From Oscillospiraceae bacterium (GTDB lineage Bacteria > Bacillota > Clostridia > Oscillospirales > QAMX01), in NCBI GenBank assembly GCA_015067675.1, contig SVMB01000002.1, forward strand, positions 1,315-65,314: DNA of 64,000 nucleotides. The letters run 5' to 3'. The notes beneath the pieces were generated by a model. The model had not been told where the DNA came from and ran no database searches. It worked only from the letters and a program-made list of their open reading frames with translations. Of this stretch, positions 8,656 through 18,444 are shown piece by piece (within the stretch, counting starts at the first letter, position 1; every line of letters starts with the position of its first letter). The position numbers and the translations under genes are program-made.

Positions 8656-10863
8656 ATGAAACGAACCCTTACCATCCTGCTCATCCTTGCGTTTCTCATC
8701 TCCCTCACGGCCTGTGCACCGGCTGCTGCTCCACAGCAGACCACCACAACTGCCGCCACCACCGCAGACCCCGCATCCACTCACACGCCTCTTCCTGACA
8801 GTGAGGAATTTATGTACGTCGCCGAGCACGGCGCAGCCCCCGAATGGATGCGCGGCGTCAACACGGCTGTCGCCGGCAACGGCCGCTTCTGGCAGTACAT
8901 GACCAACGCCCAGAGCGATGACCCTACCCCGTTTATCGGTTCCATCCGGGCCGAGGGTAATTTCTTCGAACGCCACCCCTACATTTTCGAAGATCAGCAC
9001 ATTCTCAGCGCATTAGCGCCCATTCCCAGCGAACAAAACTGCCTCTGGTTCGTTGAAAGCGTTTTCATTCCCGACGGCAGAACGTATGAATCCCACACGC
9101 TCGTCCGCGTGAACGCGGATGGCGAGGCCGTCGTCTCCGACGACGTGACTTCAATCATCGATGAGCGTGAGATCAGCCGCTCCGTCGGCGTGGCACTCAC
9201 CGACGGGCGATACTTCCTCTGCGTGGAAGATCTTGTCTGCCTGTTTGACGGCGAAGGGGAGCTGATCTTCAAAACCACAGTTGATCAGCACATCAACTAC
9301 CCCGAGGCAGCACTCACGTCCTCCGGCGAAATCGCGCTGCTGATCGATGTCAACGGTGCGCGCAAGCTTTATCTGCTGGACGAAACCGCGCAGATGCTCA
9401 AACCTATCGGCACCGTGAACGAAGGGGTAAATGAAATCCATCTGGCCGGGGGCGATGAGTTCTTCGATCTCTACCTGTTTGATGAATCACTCTGGGGCTA
9501 TCACCTTGCCACGGGTGAAAAGACAAAGATTGTCGCCTTCTCCGACTTCGGTATGCAGCCGGACAACCTCGTACGCATCCTACCGGTAGGCGTATCGGAA
9601 ACCGGCGCTCCGAAATTCGGCTGTTATGAGATCTTCGGCAGTCAGATATCGCCCACAGTTCTCGAGCAGCGCGTCAAGGTGCCGGAGAAGATCACGCTGA
9701 CGCTGGGCGTGCGGCTTCCGGACAAGGAGTTGACGGACGCAGTATCTCAATTTAATCGTCAGAGTGCGGAATACCAGATTGAGGTTATACAGTATGCAAC
9801 CAAAGAAAACCCAGACGATCTTTCCGGTTTTTCCGTTGCACTTTCCACCGGCGATATCCCGGATATGCTGGCTTTATACGGTCTGCCGGAACACAGTTTG
9901 ATACAAAAGAAACTCTTGCGTGATCTGACACCGTTCATGGAGTCAGACCCGGATCTTTCACCTGATATGTTTTTGCCCAATATCTATGATCTGCTGACCT
10001 ATTACGATGATGCACTTTACGGCCTTGCTCCCGGCTTTTCCATAATGACCATGCATGCACTACGTTCACAGGCAGGAGAGATTTCAAAAGATTGGAACTT
10101 TGCTGATGCCTTGGCGGTTCTGGACGCTAATCCGGGATTGATACAGCCCATTGCAGGAGACCGCACGAGCTTCATGCAAACGTATATCATGTTCGCGGCG
10201 GAGCCGTTTGTGGACTGGCAGAATCTGACCTCTTCTTTTGACAGTGAGGAATTTCTGAGACTTTTGGAGTTTATAAGCAGGTTTCCGAAAGAAAAACCGT
10301 CTGAATATGACAGCAACATGGAAAGTCTTGCCGCAGGCGAAGCAATGCTGATGTTTGATATGGGAGTAACCTCACCGCTTGCCTATTTTTCTGATTTCCG
10401 TGCACGGTTTGGTACGGATCTGCAAACTCCTGGTTTTCCCGCCAGTGGATCGACCGTTTTGTTTTATGACAAAATCGCCATTACTACATATTGCATGTAT
10501 CCGGAAGGCGCATGGGAGTTTATACGCTCCTTTATTCTTGGCGTCGATGGTGAAGATCTTGGTTTCGAAATCCCGGTGCTTGAATCTGAATACAAAGCAA
10601 TGCTTGATTACTGGCATAGCTATTATGCTGAACACAACGACAGCATTTACAATGGTCAGCCGCTCTATCAGCCCACGGAAGAAGATTTTGCTGCCTACGA
10701 TGCCATAATCCGCAATGCAAAGTCGGAACAAACAACAGACCGCTATGTCCTCCCCATCATGGTTGAGGAAATCCAGGCATTCCTCGACGGCGTACGATCT
10801 GCCGAGGAAACCGCCGAGGTCATCCAGAGCCGGGTAGCCCTCGTGCTCGCCGAGATGCAGTAA
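8656..10863 (+). CDS. large lipoprotein: N-terminal repeat/beta-rich region plus C-terminal solute-binding-protein-like domain
   Basis: Signal peptide with lipobox (LISLTAC) and a Thr/Ala-rich linker. The C-terminal ~390 aa resembles family-1 extracellular solute-binding proteins. AAAGGAGG SD. Confidence 0.7.
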   Translation: MKRTLTILLILAFLISLTACAPAAAPQQTTTTAATTADPASTHTPLPDSEEFMYVAEHGAAPEWMRGVNTAVAGNGRFWQYMTNAQSDDPTPFIGSIRAEGNFFERHPYIFEDQHILSALAPIPSEQNCLWFVESVFIPDGRTYESHTLVRVNADGEAVVSDDVTSIIDEREISRSVGVALTDGRYFLCVEDLVCLFDGEGELIFKTTVDQHINYPEAALTSSGEIALLIDVNGARKLYLLDETAQMLKPIGTVNEGVNEIHLAGGDEFFDLYLFDESLWGYHLATGEKTKIVAFSDFGMQPDNLVRILPVGVSETGAPKFGCYEIFGSQISPTVLEQRVKVPEKITLTLGVRLPDKELTDAVSQFNRQSAEYQIEVIQYATKENPDDLSGFSVALSTGDIPDMLALYGLPEHSLIQKKLLRDLTPFMESDPDLSPDMFLPNIYDLLTYYDDALYGLAPGFSIMTMHALRSQAGEISKDWNFADALAVLDANPGLIQPIAGDRTSFMQTYIMFAAEPFVDWQNLTSSFDSEEFLRLLEFISRFPKEKPSEYDSNMESLAAGEAMLMFDMGVTSPLAYFSDFRARFGTDLQTPGFPASGSTVLFYDKIAITTYCMYPEGAWEFIRSFILGVDGEDLGFEIPVLESEYKAMLDYWHSYYAEHNDSIYNGQPLYQPTEEDFAAYDAIIRNAKSEQTTDRYVLPIMVEEIQAFLDGVRSAEETAEVIQSRVALVLAEMQ

Positions 10864-10877
10864 CTCCATCCCACACT

Positions 10878-10911
10878 CCGCCGCCGGGTGCCTGACAGCA
10901 CCCGGCGGCGG
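10878..10911 (+). terminator. GC-rich hairpin after the lipoprotein gene (no clear U-tract)
   Basis: Perfect 14-bp stem ccgccgccgggtgc/gcacccggcggcgg with a 6-nt loop. Confidence 0.5.
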
Positions 10912-10935
10912 TCCTCCAACCCCTCAAATTTGCAA

Positions 10936-10999
10936 TTCGTGCCCGTGTCGATACAGTTCGTGCCCGAATTGTTGTTTTTCCAAAAATCTGTGGTATACT
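10936..10999 (+). promoter_or_regulatory. direct-repeat operator (2 x TTCGTGCCCG, 21-bp phasing) plus extended -10 promoter of the ABC exporter operon
   Basis: TTCGTGCCCG at 10936-10945 and 10957-10966. TGgTATACT at 10991-10999. Confidence 0.45.
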
Positions 11000-11078
11000 G
11001 TCGGCAGTGAATCTCCCGGGCCAAACGCACGGCCGGCGTTTTAGCCCCGGGGCATTTCATGGGAAGGAGGATTTCCTT

Positions 11079-12932
11079 TTGAACACCAGGGAATCAAAAC
11101 AGAAAGCATCCCACTCCGTGCTCAGCAATACCCTGTGGAGTTTTCGTACATCGCTTTCCTGCGCGCCCGGCGCGTTCTGGATGGCAGCGGCAATGGTGCC
11201 GCTCAACAGTATTATATCTTTCTGGCAGGTTTATGTGCCCGCCCTCGTGGTGGCTGAGTCCACCAGCGGCAAAGGTTATGAACAGGTACTCATTACCATG
11301 GGCATCTGGTTTGCGCTGATTCTGGCGGCAAGCCTTGTCCGGGATATCATCACGCGCTTTAATGAAAACGAATGGCAAAAGTATGCCATGCACATGGCGA
11401 TGCGCATCCGGCGCAAGTCCATGAGCTGCTTTTATGAGCAGTACGAGCGCAAGGAGGTACGCGACCTCTGCGACCGCGCCCTCATTACCACCCAGAGCTG
11501 GAACGGCAGGCAGCCGGTGACCGATCTGCAGAAGCAGTCGCTGCTGCTCATCGAAAACCTCATCGGCTATCTGCTGATGGGCGGCATCATCAGCGTTGCG
11601 GACTTCCGTCTGCTGCCCATTGTCATGCTCGGGCCGGTGGTAAATCTGTTTGCCGTGCGGGCGTTCAACCGCTGGAGCCAGAAGCATCACGAGCGTTACC
11701 GTGAGATCTCCCGGCGTCTCTCCTACGTCCTGCGAAAGCCCATGGACTTCGCCGCAGCCAAGGATATCCGCATCTACAGCATGCATGACTGGTTTTCCGA
11801 CACCTGCCGTCTCTTCATGGGACAGATCGACAAAGGCGAGCGTGAGAAAGTTCGCCGCCAGTTTGGCGTAAGCTTCCTCGCCCTTGCGATGATCCTGCTG
11901 CGCGACGGCGTATCCTACGCCTTTCTCATTGCGCTGACGCTCAGAGGCGGCATCAGCGTTGACCAGTTCGTGCTCTGCTTCGGCGCGATTTCGTCGTTCT
12001 CGTCCTTCTTCGGCAGCATTCTGGATGCTTTCGGCAAGCTCCATGAGACGAGCCTGCGCATTTGCGACCTGCGGGAGTATCTCGATCTGCCGGAGATGAC
12101 CGAGCGGGGTCATGAATCGATCGAGGCACATCTGGCCTCCGCGCCCGAGATCACCTTTGACCATGTGAGCTACCGCTACGCAGGCGCGGAGGAAGACACC
12201 ATCCGCGACCTGTCGCTGACCATCCACGCCGGGGAATCCGTGGCGCTGGTGGGCCTCAACGGCGCGGGTAAGACCACGCTTGTGAAGCTCATGTGCGGGC
12301 TTTACCGCCCCACCTCCGGCGAAATTCGTCTAAACGGCATCCCGGCAGACCAATTTCAGCTTCAGGACTATTACCGGATGTTCTCCCCGGTCTTTCAGGA
12401 CGCGCAGACTGCCTTTTTCTCCATCGGCGGCACCGTGTCGGCAAAGGTCAGCGGCGGCTATGATGAAGCCCGCGTCCTGCGCTGTCTGGAAGCTGCGGGA
12501 CTGGGCGAAAAGGTGAAGAGTCTCCCGAACGGCATTCACACGATGCTTGACAAGCAGCTAAACGAGAACGCCGTGGAGCTCTCCGGCGGCGAGGTGCAGA
12601 AGCTCATGCTTGCCCGGGCACTCTACAAAGACGCGCCGTTCCTGGTGCTGGACGAACCCACAGCGGCACTGGATCCCATCGCCGAAAACGCGGTCTATCA
12701 GGAGTACCGGCGCATGACGCACGGCAAATCGGCCCTTTTCATCTCCCACCGCCTTGCCTCCACCCGCTTCTGCGACCGGATCATCTACCTCAAGAACGGC
12801 GTAATTACCGAAACGGGCAGTCACGACGAGCTGATTGCGGCAGGCGGCGAATACGCAGAGCTTTATGAGCTGCAGAGCTGCTGGTACCGGGACGACTACA
12901 GAAAGGAGGACGACGACCATGACATTTCGTGA
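11079..12932 (+). CDS. ABC transporter, fused permease/ATP-binding protein (exporter type), subunit 1
   Basis: N-terminal TM region plus Walker A GLNGAGKTT, signature LSGGEVQK and Walker B FLVLDEPT. TTG at 11079 lies 8 nt after GGAAGGAGG. The ORF-track GTG at 11007 has no SD. Confidence 0.85.
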   Translation: MNTRESKQKASHSVLSNTLWSFRTSLSCAPGAFWMAAAMVPLNSIISFWQVYVPALVVAESTSGKGYEQVLITMGIWFALILAASLVRDIITRFNENEWQKYAMHMAMRIRRKSMSCFYEQYERKEVRDLCDRALITTQSWNGRQPVTDLQKQSLLLIENLIGYLLMGGIISVADFRLLPIVMLGPVVNLFAVRAFNRWSQKHHERYREISRRLSYVLRKPMDFAAAKDIRIYSMHDWFSDTCRLFMGQIDKGEREKVRRQFGVSFLALAMILLRDGVSYAFLIALTLRGGISVDQFVLCFGAISSFSSFFGSILDAFGKLHETSLRICDLREYLDLPEMTERGHESIEAHLASAPEITFDHVSYRYAGAEEDTIRDLSLTIHAGESVALVGLNGAGKTTLVKLMCGLYRPTSGEIRLNGIPADQFQLQDYYRMFSPVFQDAQTAFFSIGGTVSAKVSGGYDEARVLRCLEAAGLGEKVKSLPNGIHTMLDKQLNENAVELSGGEVQKLMLARALYKDAPFLVLDEPTAALDPIAENAVYQEYRRMTHGKSALFISHRLASTRFCDRIIYLKNGVITETGSHDELIAAGGEYAELYELQSCWYRDDYRKEDDDHDIS

Positions 12933-14727
12933 ACATATGGCCATGGCAAAGCGTGCGTTTTCATGGCAGCTGCGCTATGAGCGCAAGTATACGCTCTATC
13001 TGATCGTCCACACCCTGCTCACGGCGGGCAAATCCTACATCCCGCTGTATTTCGCAGCCGAGATCATCGACACGCTGGTGGCGGGAGAGCCGTGGCAGAC
13101 CGTGGCGATGTATGTGGTGCTGACGGTGGGTCTGACCTTCCTCGTCAACGCCGTCGCCGACTGGATCGCGCCGCGCATGAACGCCGAGCTTAACCGCACC
13201 TATCATCTTGAAAACTGGCGCTACAGCGAAAAGGCCATGGACATGGCCTACGAGTCCATCGAGGACCGTGAAGTGGAGATTCTGCGCGAGCGTACCCGTC
13301 AGGAGTCGCAGGTGGGCTACAACCGCTTCTATCTGCACCGTACCACCTCTGCAGTGATCTCCACCGTGACCCAGATTGTGCTGTCGATTGCGATGACGCT
13401 GTCGTTCTTCTTCAATCCCGCCGTGGCGCCCTGGATCAAGCTGACCTTCGCGCTGCTTCTGGCGGTAAACGTGACCATGGAGATCATCTGCACCGCCCGG
13501 TCGCAGAAGCTCACCAACGCCTTCTGGGACAGCTTCATATACGTCAACATTTTCGAAGAAAAGTACAACGGTTACATCAACAACTACACCACCGGCAAGG
13601 ATCTGCGTCTTTACGACATGGGAGACGGGATCATTGAAAACTTCGAGGCAAACGACCGGGACGTCTATACCCGCGGTAGAAAACTTGGAAAAGGACTGGT
13701 TCGTGAAAACTGGGCAATGGTGGTCATGAGCGAGGTGCTGAAGTTTGTCACCAACTTCCTGCTGGTGGCGGCAGCACTCTCGGGCGCGGTGAGCGTGGGC
13801 TCGATCTCAAAGTATGTGTCCAGCATCGTCAAGATGCTCACGGCCGTGTCAAAGCTCGTCAAGGACACGCAGCTGGCCTTCAACAATCACGAATACCTAG
13901 CCCGCTACTTTGCCTACTTCGACATCCCCAACAATATGTATCAGGGCACCTTAACGGTTGAAAAGCGTGACGACGTGGAGTACGACGTGGAGTTCCGGGA
14001 CGTTTCCTTCAAATACCCCGGCAGCGACACATACGCCCTGCGGCATGTGAGCCTGAAGTTCAAGGTCGGCGAAAAGCTGGCGGTGGTTGGCCTCAACGGC
14101 TCCGGCAAGACCACCTTCATCAAGCTCCTCTGCCGGCTGTACGATCCCACCGAGGGCGTGATTCTCCTCAACGGCGTGGACATCCGCAAATACGACTACA
14201 AGGAATATATGTCGATCTTCTCGGTGGTCTTTCAGGACTTCCGGCTGTTCGCCTTCTCTCTGGGGCAGAACGTGGCGGCAAGCACGGATTACGATCCCGA
14301 GCGGGTGAAGATGTGCCTTGAAAAGGCGGGTTTGGAGGAGCGGCTTGACGCGATGCCCAAGGGACTTGAGACCTGCCTGTACCGTGACTTCGACCCCGAG
14401 GGCGTGGAAATCTCCGGCGGCGAAGCCCAGAAGGTCGCCCTTGCCCGTGCGCTTTACAAGAACGCGCCCTTCATCATCCTCGACGAGCCCACGGCGGCGC
14501 TGGATCCCGTGGCGGAGTATGAGATCTACTCCCGCTTCAACCGCATCGTCGGCGAGCGTACCACGGTCTACATCTCCCACCGGCTTGCCTCCTGCCGCTT
14601 CTGCGACAATATTCTGGTCTTTGACGCAGGGCAAATCGTGCAGCAGGGCAGCCATGAGGCGCTCATCGGCGACGAATCCGGCCGGTATCACGCGCTGTGG
14701 CACGCACAGGCGCAGTATTATGTGTGA
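12919..14727 (+). CDS. ABC transporter, fused permease/ATP-binding protein (exporter type), subunit 2
   Basis: GLNGSGKTT, ISGGEAQK, FIILDEPT. ATG at 12919 follows GAAAGGAGGA and overlaps the end of the upstream gene by 14 nt, consistent with translational coupling. Confidence 0.85.
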   Translation: MTFREHMAMAKRAFSWQLRYERKYTLYLIVHTLLTAGKSYIPLYFAAEIIDTLVAGEPWQTVAMYVVLTVGLTFLVNAVADWIAPRMNAELNRTYHLENWRYSEKAMDMAYESIEDREVEILRERTRQESQVGYNRFYLHRTTSAVISTVTQIVLSIAMTLSFFFNPAVAPWIKLTFALLLAVNVTMEIICTARSQKLTNAFWDSFIYVNIFEEKYNGYINNYTTGKDLRLYDMGDGIIENFEANDRDVYTRGRKLGKGLVRENWAMVVMSEVLKFVTNFLLVAAALSGAVSVGSISKYVSSIVKMLTAVSKLVKDTQLAFNNHEYLARYFAYFDIPNNMYQGTLTVEKRDDVEYDVEFRDVSFKYPGSDTYALRHVSLKFKVGEKLAVVGLNGSGKTTFIKLLCRLYDPTEGVILLNGVDIRKYDYKEYMSIFSVVFQDFRLFAFSLGQNVAASTDYDPERVKMCLEKAGLEERLDAMPKGLETCLYRDFDPEGVEISGGEAQKVALARALYKNAPFIILDEPTAALDPVAEYEIYSRFNRIVGERTTVYISHRLASCRFCDNILVFDAGQIVQQGSHEALIGDESGRYHALWHAQAQYYV

Positions 14728-14740
14728 GAAACGTATTATG

Positions 14741-14781
14741 AAAAAGAGATCCCGGAGCTGTTGGCTCCGGGATCTCTTTTT
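14741..14781. terminator. bidirectional intrinsic terminator
   Basis: aaaaagagatcccggagc-tgtt-ggctccgggatctcttttt between convergent genes. Confidence 0.75.
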
Positions 14782-16369
14782 ACTCCTGTTCGTAATCGGT
14801 GATGATAAAGGCGATGGGTTCTGAGGAAATCCGGCCGTAATCGTTGGCGCAGAAGATCATGAAATGGCCGAAGGCATTGCCGTGGGAGGTGAGAACGGTT
14901 GATACGCTGCCCGCATCCAGTTCCTCAGGCGTCAGCATACGCTGGCGGTAGGAAATTGCGGCCTCTTCCTTCCAGGAAAGATAGGACGGCTTGCAGGCAA
15001 AGGCTCCTGAGAAGGCCGCATTGACCCGGCTCCCCTCCTTCGCGCCCAGCGCGTAGAGCGTTACATCGTCGCCGACGTTGAAAGAGAACACTATCCTGCC
15101 GTCAGCGTCGGTAAACATGGCGGCGGTTCGTACCACGATCCTGCCATCTTTCTCGCATACTGCGGCACGGACGGGATAGAGCCGCTTGCCGTCGGTGACG
15201 GCAATGGTCCCGGTATCGTTTGACAGCGTACCGTCTGCGGCATAGAGGCAGGCAGATTCCCGGGTCAGGGGACTGCCGTCAGGCTCCACGGGGGTGAGTG
15301 CAATGCGCGGGAAAGCCTGTCCCTCGGCGTCTGTCAGGGTCACAGCGGGAAGCCTGACGACATTGAAGCTGACCGAACGTGTCCGCCTGCCGGTTTTCTT
15401 GCAGTAAGCCGTATAATAGCCCGGCGCAAGGTCTGAAACGGTGCAGATTCTGAGCGTCTGTCCCAGAACCGTGGTGGGGATAATCCCCGTCAGGTCAATT
15501 TCCCGACGGGAATCCGCGCTTTCGACAATGAGAGTATCGGCATCGGCGTTTACGTTGAAGCAGACCGGCTCATCGGTCTGATAGTTTGCAAAGTCGCCGT
15601 GATCCGGCATCAGCTCCCGGTTATGGACATCGCCGAGCTCATTGCGGGTGGGCATATACTCCACGCTGTCCAGGAACCGGTAGCGGAAAATCTGGTACAT
15701 CTGTCCGGGTTTAGTGAGCGTATCATTGAAATCTTCTGCCGTGTACCATCTGCAAACAGGAAACGGCGGCATGCCTTCGGAGATTTCCACGCTCCGAACT
15801 TTTCCCTCCGCATCCCGGGCGATCCCGGTGACAATGCGCACATGACCGCCGGTGTGTCCGTCGGGGCGGGTGGTGACAAGGGTATCGCAAAGCTCCAGAC
15901 CATCGGCACTCTGGTCGGCAATGCGGTCAAACTCCGGCGCAATGTCCCATTCGTGGGTCGAGCGATGCAGCGGCAGACCCAGCGCATAGTTGACGAAAGT
16001 ACTGCATACGGTGCCGTAGGTGAAAAACGTGTTCCGGATGGTACAGTTAAACGCCGGCTCGTCGAAATCGGACAGATCGCGGGTATAGAGTACCGACGCG
16101 GGATTATCAACAGCGGTCACAAAGGTATCGATGGAGACGTCGAGTCCCACGAAACAATTGAGGATACGGGAGGAGGAATACGGGATGCCGGTATAGGCTT
16201 CCGGCTGCGTATGAGGTTTGCCGCTGCGTGTGGACTGGATGTATTTTCTCGGATTGATCTGCACCTCCATCACCGGCGACCAGGTGATATCCAGAAGCTG
16301 GCGGGCACGGCGCAGGACATTTTCCACGCCTCGGGAGCGGGGCTTATCGCAGATGAGCTGATCGTTCAT
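14780..16369 (-). CDS. hypothetical cytoplasmic protein; N-terminal domain with possible papain-like (NlpC/P60-type) Cys/His pair, C-terminal beta-rich region
   Basis: GTVCSTFVNYALG and GHTGGHVRIVTG are spaced like a Cys...His hydrolase core. AAGGAGAAGG SD. Sits 11 nt downstream of the preceding gene. Function not recognised. Confidence 0.55.
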   Translation of the reverse strand: MNDQLICDKPRSRGVENVLRRARQLLDITWSPVMEVQINPRKYIQSTRSGKPHTQPEAYTGIPYSSSRILNCFVGLDVSIDTFVTAVDNPASVLYTRDLSDFDEPAFNCTIRNTFFTYGTVCSTFVNYALGLPLHRSTHEWDIAPEFDRIADQSADGLELCDTLVTTRPDGHTGGHVRIVTGIARDAEGKVRSVEISEGMPPFPVCRWYTAEDFNDTLTKPGQMYQIFRYRFLDSVEYMPTRNELGDVHNRELMPDHGDFANYQTDEPVCFNVNADADTLIVESADSRREIDLTGIIPTTVLGQTLRICTVSDLAPGYYTAYCKKTGRRTRSVSFNVVRLPAVTLTDAEGQAFPRIALTPVEPDGSPLTRESACLYAADGTLSNDTGTIAVTDGKRLYPVRAAVCEKDGRIVVRTAAMFTDADGRIVFSFNVGDDVTLYALGAKEGSRVNAAFSGAFACKPSYLSWKEEAAISYRQRMLTPEELDAGSVSTVLTSHGNAFGHFMIFCANDYGRISSEPIAFIITDYEQE

Positions 16370-16380
16370 AACCTTCTCCT

Positions 16381-18372
16381 TTACTGCTTTTCCAGACGGT
16401 ACAGGTACACATGACCCATTCTGCCGCCGGCGCCGATGGCAAGCATCGTTCCATCGGGGCTGACCGCGATGGCGGTGAGCTGCGGGGAGCTGTGCACGCC
16501 GCGGGATGTGCTGTTTGCATATGCATTTCCCAACCAGCGAAGTCCCCGGTCATCGGAATAGGAAAATACGACGCACATATCTTCTTCATCCCCGGCCACG
16601 CCCCAGACCGTATGTCCGTCGGGCGCTGCCGTCATGGCGCGTACCGGGCCGTTGACCCAGGCAGGACCCAGTGCAAAGGTCTTTTCACCGTCGATGACGG
16701 CAAGGAGTCCGTCGGCAGTAGCGGCAAGATACCGGCCGTCCGACAGGAGTGCTGAATGGGTAATGCCAGCTTTATACTGCCGTCCTGGATACCAGGGCAT
16801 ATCAGCAGACCCCGCCGATACGGCATCACAGTCTGCGGGAGGCACGGTCCCGGTTTTCGTTAGAATCTCACCATCCAGGGACAGTGTAAAGCGGTAAAAG
16901 CGGTTTACACCCGTGACCACTTCCAGCTGATCCCCGGCAAATTCCAGGCTGACGACGCCGGAATCGGCCTGTTCGGCATCGGCAAAGGTCTGCCACAGCG
17001 GTACCGGGATCACCGTGTCGGCCATAAAGGATGTGGGATTGTCCGCCATTGCACGGTTGGAACGACGGTTGCTCTCGGCGTGAGCTTCATAGGCAAGATT
17101 CCCCGGACGGATGAGCACGTCCAGCGGCTCCGGTCCCGGTTCCTTTTCATGCCCGCGCCATTGCGCCAGATCAACAGCCGTCACGTCGGGGCCGTCGTCT
17201 GCATGATTGGCATCAAAGATATACATCATATCCCGTGCCTGATCGATGATCATCGAGAAGGTCTGGACGATGACCCGTTCGGGAGTTCCCACGATGCCCA
17301 GCTTCTCCGGCTTTCCGCCGCCAAAGAGATCCCAGCGCATCAGCACGCAGGGAAGCCTGTAATAAGAGTCCCGCTGCCCCTTGCGGTTACCGACAATCAC
17401 GTAATAGAGTATGCCTTTCTTGTCAAAGGCCATGCAGCCCATGTAGATATTGGATTCCTCTCCGCGCACATAGGCTTCTTCCTCCATATAATTGCCCAGC
17501 ACGGCAAATTCACCCGTTTTCGGATCAAAGACAGAGAGTCTGCGGTCGTGCATACCCGCCATGTAGAGCCTTCCGTCAGGGCCGTTGAGTGCGAAGCTGA
17601 AATAGGGAGGGAGACGTCCCGGCTCTTTCACATGAGGCAGCTGAAAACCAAGGTTTTCAACCCGATCCTCACGCACATTGATGCGCTGGACGACGCCGTT
17701 GCGGGTGGTGAAGTAGATATTGTCATCACTGCCGACAATCAGACGGTAACTGGCACATTCGGTGACCTGACCGTAATTTTTAACCTCGCGGGTAGCAGGA
17801 TTGATGCGGTACAGCTCGCCCTTCAAATAGCCGATAGCGAAGTAATTTCCGCTGATCTTATCATACACGCCGCCATATAAGGTTTCCCACGGGACAGGTA
17901 CGCCGAGGTTTTCCAGATGCCCGGTTTGGGTATCATAGATGAGCATGGCGCTGCCCTGAAAGCCCTCCCAGGGATTGGCGTAGTAGGCCTGCGGCATCCA
18001 TGTCGGATGCTGGGGAGCCTTGTCGGTGGTATGGGTGAGCATGATGAGCCGGCCGTCGTTCATCCAGGAAAAGCTGGTGTGAAACTTACTGGGGCGGATG
18101 GTACGGTCGGCGGCAAACTGGTTTTCACGCATATAGGCAAGCTCGCGGATGGTATTGGTCTGAGGATCATAGATGGCAAGCTTTGCATACTCCTCCGTGG
18201 TGATTTCCGAGCAAAGGGACATATAAAGCCTGCCGTCGGGAGCCAGGATTGAATCCCAACAGGAAGTATGAGGCGTGGGATTGGGAACAATGCACTGCTG
18301 CAGACCGGTCTGGTTCATCAGCCGCAGCGTTTCGGGATTCTGAAGATCGATCAGATAGGTACCGGGATTCAT
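16381..18372 (-). CDS. hypothetical cytoplasmic beta-propeller-like protein
   Basis: Repeated DGRLY/DGxL...G motifs along 663 aa. GGAAAGGAG SD before the ATG at 18372; the ORF-track start at 18396 lacks an SD. No signal peptide. Confidence 0.6.
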   Translation of the reverse strand: MNPGTYLIDLQNPETLRLMNQTGLQQCIVPNPTPHTSCWDSILAPDGRLYMSLCSEITTEEYAKLAIYDPQTNTIRELAYMRENQFAADRTIRPSKFHTSFSWMNDGRLIMLTHTTDKAPQHPTWMPQAYYANPWEGFQGSAMLIYDTQTGHLENLGVPVPWETLYGGVYDKISGNYFAIGYLKGELYRINPATREVKNYGQVTECASYRLIVGSDDNIYFTTRNGVVQRINVREDRVENLGFQLPHVKEPGRLPPYFSFALNGPDGRLYMAGMHDRRLSVFDPKTGEFAVLGNYMEEEAYVRGEESNIYMGCMAFDKKGILYYVIVGNRKGQRDSYYRLPCVLMRWDLFGGGKPEKLGIVGTPERVIVQTFSMIIDQARDMMYIFDANHADDGPDVTAVDLAQWRGHEKEPGPEPLDVLIRPGNLAYEAHAESNRRSNRAMADNPTSFMADTVIPVPLWQTFADAEQADSGVVSLEFAGDQLEVVTGVNRFYRFTLSLDGEILTKTGTVPPADCDAVSAGSADMPWYPGRQYKAGITHSALLSDGRYLAATADGLLAVIDGEKTFALGPAWVNGPVRAMTAAPDGHTVWGVAGDEEDMCVVFSYSDDRGLRWLGNAYANSTSRGVHSSPQLTAIAVSPDGTMLAIGAGGRMGHVYLYRLEKQ

Positions 18373-18444
18373 ACAGACTCCTTTCCAGCAGATCATTCAG
18401 GAGAAATCTCCACTTGGACAATGAATTGATGTGTATAAACGCTG

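Noticed and set aside
11007-11078. GTG at 11007 as the start of the first ABC transporter gene
   Set aside because: It lies just downstream of the predicted -10 element and has no SD. The TTG at 11079 follows GGAAGGAGG at ideal spacing.
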